Source: an uncultured Trueperaceae bacterium (GTDB taxonomy: Bacteria > Deinococcota > Deinococci > Deinococcales > Trueperaceae). From it: a stretch of DNA of 64,000 nucleotides. The position numbers were made by a program, and so were the translations under genes. The notes beneath the pieces were generated by a model. It ran no database searches, was not told the origin of the DNA, and worked only from the letters and a program-made list of their open reading frames with translations. The stretch spans positions 128,001-192,000 of the forward strand of contig CAWCXJ010000005.1 of assembly GCA_963799485.1 (NCBI GenBank), given 5' to 3'. Below, piece after piece: positions 29,856 to 37,545 of the stretch. Within the stretch, counting starts at the first letter, position 1. The number at the start of each line of letters is the position of its first letter.

Positions 29856-30325
29856 CAGTCCTCCTGCGCGTCGAGCGGCGCGAGCGTCGTATCGGTATCT
29901 TCGGCTAAAAGTTCGATGATGGTCAAAGTCGTGCCGACCACGACCAAAAAGACCCCGGCGTCAAAGAGCACCGCCGTCGCCCACTCGAACTCACCGATCA
30001 GCGGCCACGTCAGGTAGCCGTAAGCGGACTTCAAAAAGGCTTGTCCGAAGACGAGCGGCACGACGCCGGTGAGGAGCGCTAGCAGCAGCCCCCACGGTAA
30101 GAGGCGTTGCGGCGGCAGGTTCAAAAAGGGCCGGTCGAACACGATTCGCGACAAAAGCGCGGCGACCGCGACGATGAGCCCGGCGATAAACCCGCCCCCC
30201 GGCGCGTTGTGACCCCGCCAAAAGAGGTAAAAGCCTAGAAAAACCAGCACGAACACGACAGGTCGAGCGAAGGTTTGAAAAAACAGCTCGAGCCCGCGTT
30301 TATCGTGTTTATCAGTCATGTTCAT
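29855..30325 (-). CDS. mrpB: Mrp antiporter subunit B
   Basis: GHNAPGGGFIAGL, FDAGV. Confidence 0.92.
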   Translation of the reverse strand: MNMTDKHDKRGLELFFQTFARPVVFVLVFLGFYLFWRGHNAPGGGFIAGLIVAVAALLSRIVFDRPFLNLPPQRLLPWGLLLALLTGVVPLVFGQAFLKSAYGYLTWPLIGEFEWATAVLFDAGVFLVVVGTTLTIIELLAEDTDTTLAPLDAQED

Positions 30326-32591
30326 CACGTTCCTTTTCAGACACCGTTTTAACCTTGAGCAGCGCGTAGACGCTCACCCCGACAATCGCCAGCACGGTAA
30401 TCTCGCCGAGTGTGTCGTAACCTCTAAAATCGACTAGAATCACGTTGACGACGTTGTAACCGCCGGCTCCCGCTTTGCTCTCGGTAAGAAAAAACCGCTG
30501 TAACCGTTCGCCGATAGGCGTCTGCACTGCTAACAGCGCCCCAAAGACCGTCAAACCGACTGCGCCGGAAAGCGCAGCGTCGAAAAAAGAAGCGCGCCGC
30601 GAGCGGCGGTAACGGGTCAGTCTGGGCAGGTAGCGAAACACCGAGACGAACAAGATGACGGTCACGGTTTCGATTAGCAGCTGCGTCAGGGCGAGGTCGG
30701 GGGCGCGGAGTGCGACGAACAGCAAAACAAGCGACAACCCGGCCAAACCGGAAAAAATCAGCGCTGAAACCCGCGCCTGGGCAATGATGACGCCGTAGGT
30801 GCTACCCGCGACCAATAAGGCAGCGGCGAGAAACTCGAGCGGTACCGGGCTCAGGTTTTGCGGCAAATACGCGCCTAGACCGACAAAGGCAAACCCCACC
30901 CCGAGCAGCGCGACCGGCAGCCACAACACCCGCAGTTGTGCGGCGAAGGTGGCGTTTTGGGTTCTGGCGGTGGCAAAACGGGCGGTGCGCTCGAGGCCGC
31001 CCATCAGCGCGTAATATACCGTGTTGGCGTTCCACGAGGGTGTCAACACCTCTTGCAGTCGACCGAACGGACCTATGAGCGCAAAAAGCACGATCCCGGC
31101 TCCCCACGTCCAGAACGACAAGATGAGCATCGGATTAAAACCGTGCCAGAGATAGAGCGCTTCGGGTTCGAACCCGAGTGCCGGCGCCGCAAGCGCCACA
31201 ACCGGCGTCGCCAAAGTTGCCTGCCACGGAAAAACGCCGAAAAGCACGACGAGGACGCTCAGCAGCGCAGGTGGTAAGAGCATCCACAGGGGCGCTTCGT
31301 GCACGTTGGGGCGGTGACAGCGGTACGGCCCGACGAATACCCTTAAAAACTTGAGGCTGTACGCAAAAGTCATCACACTGCCGACGACCGCGAGCGCAAT
31401 CGGCAACGTCCCGCTACGCAGCATCTCCTCATAAAACAGCTCTTTGGAGATAAAGCCGCCGAACGGAGGCAGGCCCGCCATCGACAGCGCTGCCGGAACT
31501 GCAATCAGAAACGTCCAGGGTAGTTTGCGGGCAAGCCCCGACAGTTCACGGATGCTGCGGCTGCCCGTTTCGTGGTCGATGCTGCCGACGACCAGAAAGA
31601 GCGCCGCCTTAAACGTGGCGTGGTTTATCAGCTGCGCGGTCGCCGCAAGCGGATAGCCCGCGCCGTAAAGCGCTGTTAAAAGCCCGAGCTGTGAAACCGT
31701 CGAATAAGCCAAAAGTGCCTTGAGGTCGTCTTGTTTAAGCGCCAGATACGAGCCCCAGACCATCGTCACGAGCCCCAGGTAGAGCAGCCCGTCCGACCAT
31801 GCGCTCAGCACGAACAGCGGCGCGAACTTGGCTAAGAGGACGATACCGGCTTTGACCATCGTCGCCGAGTGCAGGTACGCCGAGATCGGCGTGGGCGCTT
31901 CCATGGCAGTCGGCAGCCAGATATAAAAGGGAAACTGCGCCGATTTGGTCAGTGCGGCAAAGAGCAAGAGCGCGAGCGCCGGGACAAACGACGAACTCTG
32001 CCGAACGGCAGCAAAGTCGAGCTGAGACAAGTTGACGCTGCCCCCGGCAAGGCTTAAAAGAATCACCGACGCGAGGAGCGCCAACCCACCCGCCGCCGTA
32101 ATCACGAGCGCCTTGAGCGCCCCGTCTTGCGCCGCGCGGCGTTCGTCCCAAAAACCAATCAGCAGAAACGACGCGACCGAGGTCAACTCCCAAAACGCGA
32201 ACATGGCGATCAGGTTGTCGCTCAAGACGAAGCCCAGCATCGCGCCGCCGAAGAGCAGCAGATAGCTGTAAAAACGTCCGTGCCGCTCTTTCGGGCCGAG
32301 GTACGACGAGGCGTAAACCACGACCAGAACGCCCATCACCGCGACGAGCAGCGCAAACAGCAGCGAAAACCCGTCGGCGCGAAACGAAAGCGTGAGATTG
32401 ATACCCGGAACCCACGCCGCGCTCCCCGCAGCGGGTGTGCCGTGCGCTGCCGGAATCAGGGTAGCGAGTGCCAGTGCCGGGGCAAAGGCGAGCGTCAAAG
32501 GCCACCCGGCCCGCGCGCCCAGCGGTCGCGTCAAAAAAGGTGCGAGCAGCGCCCCTAGAAAGGGGGTGAAAACAGCTAGAACGAGCAGCAT
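30312..32591 (-). CDS. mrpA: Mrp antiporter subunit A
   Basis: FWELTS, TKSAQFPF..WLP.AM.APTP.SAYLHSATMVKAG, NVVNVILVDFRGYDTLGE. Confidence 0.95.
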   Translation of the reverse strand: MLLVLAVFTPFLGALLAPFLTRPLGARAGWPLTLAFAPALALATLIPAAHGTPAAGSAAWVPGINLTLSFRADGFSLLFALLVAVMGVLVVVYASSYLGPKERHGRFYSYLLLFGGAMLGFVLSDNLIAMFAFWELTSVASFLLIGFWDERRAAQDGALKALVITAAGGLALLASVILLSLAGGSVNLSQLDFAAVRQSSSFVPALALLLFAALTKSAQFPFYIWLPTAMEAPTPISAYLHSATMVKAGIVLLAKFAPLFVLSAWSDGLLYLGLVTMVWGSYLALKQDDLKALLAYSTVSQLGLLTALYGAGYPLAATAQLINHATFKAALFLVVGSIDHETGSRSIRELSGLARKLPWTFLIAVPAALSMAGLPPFGGFISKELFYEEMLRSGTLPIALAVVGSVMTFAYSLKFLRVFVGPYRCHRPNVHEAPLWMLLPPALLSVLVVLFGVFPWQATLATPVVALAAPALGFEPEALYLWHGFNPMLILSFWTWGAGIVLFALIGPFGRLQEVLTPSWNANTVYYALMGGLERTARFATARTQNATFAAQLRVLWLPVALLGVGFAFVGLGAYLPQNLSPVPLEFLAAALLVAGSTYGVIIAQARVSALIFSGLAGLSLVLLFVALRAPDLALTQLLIETVTVILFVSVFRYLPRLTRYRRSRRASFFDAALSGAVGLTVFGALLAVQTPIGERLQRFFLTESKAGAGGYNVVNVILVDFRGYDTLGEITVLAIVGVSVYALLKVKTVSEKERDEHD

Positions 32592-32969
32592 CTAGCGAAG
32601 CACCCCCAACCTCGAGATCGCTCCCGGCAACACCTCACCTTGTCCGGCAAGCTCCGCAGCTCTCGTTTTTAGGAAAGCGGCGACGGGTTCAGTCGGTTCA
32701 TCCCCGTACCCTGTCGCCGCGCCGGCGGCTTTGGCCAAAGCCGCCGGCCCCTGCGGGCTGAGCCCGGCGTTCCCGGAAACGCGGTAGCGTGCGCTGCCGC
32801 GCGTCGTCAGCGTAAACTTCAGACCTTGGGCGCAGTAGCCCTGCGCTGTCCGGGCCGGGTTGAGGCTCGAGAGTTCTTGTACCAGCTGTGCCGGCGGCAA
32901 ACCAACCTGCGCGAAGGCGACGCCGTAAAAGAGCAAAAAGCCTAAAACGCACTTCACACCGGATTTCAC
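32592..32969 (-). CDS. Small hypothetical exported protein, possibly truncated
   Basis: Signal-peptide-like N-terminus ending AFA-Q; start overlaps the M32 stop and its stop abuts the mrpA start. Confidence 0.5.
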   Translation of the reverse strand: MKSGVKCVLGFLLFYGVAFAQVGLPPAQLVQELSSLNPARTAQGYCAQGLKFTLTTRGSARYRVSGNAGLSPQGPAALAKAAGAATGYGDEPTEPVAAFLKTRAAELAGQGEVLPGAISRLGVLR

Positions 32970-34483
32970 GCCGTAACCCCGTAAAGTGCGCCGAACTTTT
33001 CTTTCAGGTAGCGGATATACGGCCCGGCGTCCAGACCGCTACCGGTCGCCCGTTCGAGGAGTTCGGCGGGTTCGTACCGTGCGCCGTGCTGATGGATGTT
33101 CTCGCGGAGCCAACCCAAGAGCTTGCCGAAGTGTCCATTTTGAATGTCTTGTTCAAGTTCGGGATGCGCGGCTTTGGCGGCTTCAAAAAGCTGCACGCTG
33201 ATGAGGTTGCCGAGCGTGTAGGTCGGAAAATAGCCGAACATCCCCAAAGACCAGTGGATGTCTTGCAAACAGCCCTGTGCGTCGTTCGGCGGCGTCACAC
33301 CCAGATAATCGTTATATTTGGCGTTCCACGCTTCGGGCAGCTCACTTGCTTTAAGCGTGCCTTCGATAAGGGCCAGCTCGAGTTCAAAGCGCACCATGAT
33401 ATGCAGGTTGTAGGTGACTTCATCGGCTTCGACGCGGATCAGACTCGGCGAGACGCGGTTGATGGCCCCGTAAAAGTCGTCGCGCGAGACGGCCCCTAAC
33501 TGTGCCGGAAAGGTCTCCTGCAGCTGCGGATACGCCCAGCGCCAGAACCCGTTACTCCGGCCTACGAGATTTTCCCAAAGCCGCGACTGCGACTCGTGGA
33601 CGCCTAAACTTACGGTCTTGCCGAGCGGGCTACGGTCGTAGGCGCTGCTGACGCCCTGTTCGTACATGGCGTGTCCCGCCTCGTGCAGCGTCCCGAAAAG
33701 CGCCGGACTTAAGAAATCAGCGTGATAACGCGTGGTGATCCGCACGTCGTACTTGCTAAAACTCGTGGCAAACGGATGGACGGTGCGGTCTAAACGACCG
33801 TGGTCGAAATCGTAGCCGAACGCCCGGATGATGTGCGTGGCAAACGCTTCTTGGTCGGCTTCCGGAAACGCCTGACGGAGTGGCGCGTCCGGGTGGTTCT
33901 CACCGTTAGCTCTGTCGGCGAGGTCACGCAGCAGCGGCACCGCCGCGTCACGGAGTTCGGCAAAAACGGTGCGGAGGCGCTCGGTGCTGCTGCCGCGTTC
34001 AAAAAGGTCGTGCAGCGCGTCGTAAGGGTGCGCGTCATAGCCCAGAAGCTCGGCCTGACGGAGGTTCAGTTCGACCATCTTTTCCAGATGCGGGGCAAAC
34101 CGGGAAAAGTCCGACGCGGCCCGCGCTCCGACCCAGGCCGTCTGTGACGCGCTCCTGGCCTTGGCAAACGCCTCGACGAACGCTCCCGGCAGCTTCGTCG
34201 CCTGCGCGAAGTCGTGACGGGCGACGCGCACGAGCGCCGCGTCTGCGGTGTCGCCCCGGTCGGCCCCGGCAGCTTCCAGTTCCGTAAGCCACGCCGCTAC
34301 CTTGGGGTCGGTCGCGCGTTCGTGGATTACCCGGCCCAGCGTGGCGAGCTGTTGCCCGCGGGCGCGAGCGGCGCCGGGCGGCAGGTAGACGTTTTGATCC
34401 CAGTTGAGCAGGGCCTGCGCCTGCGTCAGGTCGGCGGTAACAGCCAGGTGTGCTTTGAGGTGCTCGAGCGTGTGAACCTTCAT
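32966..34483 (-). CDS. M32 carboxypeptidase (carboxypeptidase Taq-like)
   Basis: HPF, DVRITTRY, HEAGH, HESQS, IRVEADE, GYFPTY. Confidence 0.96.
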   Translation of the reverse strand: MKVHTLEHLKAHLAVTADLTQAQALLNWDQNVYLPPGAARARGQQLATLGRVIHERATDPKVAAWLTELEAAGADRGDTADAALVRVARHDFAQATKLPGAFVEAFAKARSASQTAWVGARAASDFSRFAPHLEKMVELNLRQAELLGYDAHPYDALHDLFERGSSTERLRTVFAELRDAAVPLLRDLADRANGENHPDAPLRQAFPEADQEAFATHIIRAFGYDFDHGRLDRTVHPFATSFSKYDVRITTRYHADFLSPALFGTLHEAGHAMYEQGVSSAYDRSPLGKTVSLGVHESQSRLWENLVGRSNGFWRWAYPQLQETFPAQLGAVSRDDFYGAINRVSPSLIRVEADEVTYNLHIMVRFELELALIEGTLKASELPEAWNAKYNDYLGVTPPNDAQGCLQDIHWSLGMFGYFPTYTLGNLISVQLFEAAKAAHPELEQDIQNGHFGKLLGWLRENIHQHGARYEPAELLERATGSGLDAGPYIRYLKEKFGALYGVTA

Positions 34484-34564
34484 CAGGTCAGCTTAACGCA
34501 CCGGCGGCGAAACGTTGCCGAACCCCTTTCTGAAGGGCACAAGCTGCGTGCTATTGTGCAGTTT

Positions 34565-36316
34565 ATGAACCTCCACATGTCCGAGGCGGCGCGCGCGCTC
34601 CTAAACCGCGAACGCCTCGTCATCGCCGACCTCGGGGCGTTGTTGGGCAGGCTCGAGGCGCGCCCCGAAGACCGGGCCGAGCTTAAAACCGCGCTTGGTG
34701 ACCTCGAGGGCTTGTTTCTGCTCGTCGTTTGCGGCGAATACAACGCGGGTAAGTCCACCTTCTTAAATGCGCTGTTGGGCGAAAAGGTGATGTTGGAGGG
34801 TGTCACGCCGACCACCGACCGCATCACCATCGTGACCTACGGCGCGGCGCGGCGCGACACCGAAGAGGGCGAGTTTATCCTCCGCCGCGAATACCCCGCC
34901 GACATCCTGCGCGAGCTGGCCTTCGTCGATACGCCCGGTACCAACGCGGTCATCAAACGCCATCAGGAGCTGACCGAGCGTTTCGTCCCGCGCGCCGACC
35001 TGGTGCTGTTTGTCACCTCCGCCGACCGCCCCTTTACCGAGTCCGAACGGCAGTTTCTAGAACTCATCCGTTCGTGGGGTAAAAAAGTCGTGGTCATCGT
35101 CAACAAAATCGATATTCTGGAAGAAGACGAGCAGCAGAAAGTGCTGGCGTTTGTGCGTGAACACGCCGCCGAAACGCTTAAGGAGACGCTCGGCAGCGAC
35201 CCGCAGGTCTTCGGTGTTGCGGCGCGAGACGCGTACAAGGCTCGAGCTGCCGCAGACGCCGCCGCCCTGGAGGGGAGCGGGCTACCGGAACTCGAGCGTT
35301 TTATCGGCACCACCCTTGCGGGCGAAACTCGCCTCAAACTCAAACTCGGGACGCCGCTCGGGGTCGCGCAGCGCCTCGCTGAAAGTTACGGGAGCGTGAT
35401 CAGCGGCGAGCTAGGGCTTTTGGCGGGCGACCGCCGCACCCTAGAAGAGGTCGAGCGGCAGGTGGCGCAGTTCAAAAAAGACATGCGGCGCGAGTTCGAA
35501 AGTTACCTCTCACGTGTAAAAACCGTGCTGTTAGAGGTCGAGCGGCGCGGCGACGTGTTTTTCGACGACACCGTGCGGCTGACCAAAATCTTGCAGCTCA
35601 TCGACAACGAACGGATGCGCGAAGCGTTTCGCCTCCGCGTCATTCGCGGCGCGGACAAAGAGATCGACCGGGCCGTCGCCGAGATGGTGGACTGGTTTAT
35701 CGGGCGCAACCTGCAACTCTGGGAAGACGTGATGGCGTTCGTCCAAGAACGGCGACAAGCCTCGGACGAGCGCGTCATCGGCGAAATCGGCGGGAGATTC
35801 CAGTACGACCGCGACGCGCTGATTCGCGGCTTGAGCGAGAGCGCCGAAACAGTCATGACGAGCTACAACGAGGACGCCGAAGCGCGCCGCTTGGCCGACG
35901 CGATGCAGAGCTCGGCGCTGCAGACCGGCCTGATTCAGGTCGGCGGCCTGGGCCTGGGCGCGGCGATGGTGGCATTTTTGTCGGGGGCCGCGCTCGACGC
36001 AACCGGGATTTTGGCGGGTCTGACCGTCGCCGGACTCGGCTTTCTAGTCCTCCCCAACCGCCGCCGCGCCGCCAAACGCAACCTGCACGAAGAGATGCAG
36101 CGGCTCCGCGACGGGCTCGCGGAAAGTCTGAACGGGCAGTTTGAACGCGAATTGGAGCGTTCCGCTGAAAAACTCAGCGCGGCGATTTCGCCGTATACCC
36201 GGTTTGTCAAAAGCGAAGTAGGGAGGCTCGAGACCCTTCAGAGCGAACTCGAGGCCCTCACCGGAAGCTTGCGTAACCTGCGCCGGGAGGTCAATTCCCT
36301 TTCCGAGACCGTTTGA
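34565..36316 (+). CDS. Bacterial dynamin-like GTPase
   Basis: G1 GEYNAGKS, G2 PTT, G3 DTPG, G4 NKID; helical stalk; hydrophobic hairpin near the C-terminus. Start at MNLHMS. Confidence 0.88.
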   Translation: MNLHMSEAARALLNRERLVIADLGALLGRLEARPEDRAELKTALGDLEGLFLLVVCGEYNAGKSTFLNALLGEKVMLEGVTPTTDRITIVTYGAARRDTEEGEFILRREYPADILRELAFVDTPGTNAVIKRHQELTERFVPRADLVLFVTSADRPFTESERQFLELIRSWGKKVVVIVNKIDILEEDEQQKVLAFVREHAAETLKETLGSDPQVFGVAARDAYKARAAADAAALEGSGLPELERFIGTTLAGETRLKLKLGTPLGVAQRLAESYGSVISGELGLLAGDRRTLEEVERQVAQFKKDMRREFESYLSRVKTVLLEVERRGDVFFDDTVRLTKILQLIDNERMREAFRLRVIRGADKEIDRAVAEMVDWFIGRNLQLWEDVMAFVQERRQASDERVIGEIGGRFQYDRDALIRGLSESAETVMTSYNEDAEARRLADAMQSSALQTGLIQVGGLGLGAAMVAFLSGAALDATGILAGLTVAGLGFLVLPNRRRAAKRNLHEEMQRLRDGLAESLNGQFERELERSAEKLSAAISPYTRFVKSEVGRLETLQSELEALTGSLRNLRREVNSLSETV

Positions 36317-36332
36317 AGCCGGCGACCCATGA

Positions 36333-36360
36333 AAAGCGCAACCCCGCGGGGTTGCGCTTT
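36333..36360. terminator. Bidirectional terminator
   Basis: Perfect 13-bp stem AAAGCGCAACCCC-GC-GGGGTTGCGCTTT between convergent genes. Confidence 0.8.
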
Positions 36361-36377
36361 GGTCATGCTAAAACTTT

Positions 36378-37199
36378 TTACTGGACGATGTTGACGTAAC
36401 CGCGCTCCGACCCGAGAACTGCGTTACCCGCGCCGTCCGTTACATTCGCGCGGAAAACGTAAGCAAATTCATTTCCGGCCCCGGCTAACTCGGAGATATC
36501 GACCGTTCCCGCCTCAACCGTAATCGGGTAGACGCAAGTCACGGCTGTCGGGCTCGAGCTGAGGTCGCAACCGGTAGGTTCGCCGATGGTAAAGCCGCCG
36601 CTAGGAAGCGTGACCGGAAGTGGGCCTTTGATACCTTCGGGGCTACTGTTGACGAGGTTGATAGCGATGCTGGCGATGCCGTCGGGATCGCTGTAATCGA
36701 CCTGGGCGTAAAAGGTGCTGCCCGCCGCCACGCTGATGATACGGTCGTCGTCGTCGCTGCTGATGCCACCGTCCGCGTCGTTGGTGAAGGTGCCGCTGGT
36801 GCTCGTGCCAACGCCGAAGGTGCCCTCAGGTAAGCTCATGGGGTCGCCGCCACCATTGTTACCACCCGAGCCAGGGCCGTTACTTACCGTAACGGTTGCG
36901 GTTCTGGTGCTGGTACCGCTAGCGTTGGTGGCGGTCAAGGTGTAGGTCGTCGTAACGGTGGGCATGACGGTTACGCTGTCATCCGAATCGTTGGTAACGT
37001 CGCCGACACCACCCGAAATCGAGATGCTGGTCGCGCTGCTGTCGACGTTCCAAGTCAGTACCGAGCTTTGCCCCGACGTAATCACTGCGGGGTTTGCAGC
37101 AAAGCTGGTGATCGCCGGGCCACTGCTACCTAAAAGGCTGCAAGCTGACAGGCCGAACATCAACCCGACAGACAAAAGTCCTAGTTTACCTGCGTTCAT
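36378..37199 (-). CDS. Ser/Thr/Gly-rich lipoprotein with Ig/PKD-like domain
   Basis: GGAGG RBS; lipobox LSAC; P.ITSF.ANP..I..G.S..L.W and TTTYTLTATN motifs. Confidence 0.75.
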   Translation of the reverse strand: MNAGKLGLLSVGLMFGLSACSLLGSSGPAITSFAANPAVITSGQSSVLTWNVDSSATSISISGGVGDVTNDSDDSVTVMPTVTTTYTLTATNASGTSTRTATVTVSNGPGSGGNNGGGDPMSLPEGTFGVGTSTSGTFTNDADGGISSDDDDRIISVAAGSTFYAQVDYSDPDGIASIAINLVNSSPEGIKGPLPVTLPSGGFTIGEPTGCDLSSSPTAVTCVYPITVEAGTVDISELAGAGNEFAYVFRANVTDGAGNAVLGSERGYVNIVQ

Positions 37200-37545
37200 A
37201 TAGTTCCTCCCGTGCGTAAATTGGCAGCTCCGACACCCTGTAAGCACAGCAAACACAGAAGAGTAAGATACTACCGCTACTCTTACTACCTTACAAGATG
37301 CGAGATGAAAAACACATGACGATTGCACATGGTTTTGGCGGATTTTGTGTATAGCTTCCCGCGAGCGTAGCAAAACTACGGACAAACGGGGGTGAACTTT
37401 CTCATATGAGGTGTTGTGTCGCAAGGTGCCGGGTGCCTCGAGCCACCCCCACCCCAAACCGCAAAAGATGCTCCCACCTGTAGACTGCTTTTTGCGGTGG
37501 CAGCTTTTGACCGTCGCCGCCGGGGTGCGTCCCGTAAACTGGGTT

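Noticed and set aside
34214..34564. N-terminal extension of the dynamin ORF
   Set aside because: It overlaps the M32 gene on the opposite strand; a -10 box supports the start at 34565.
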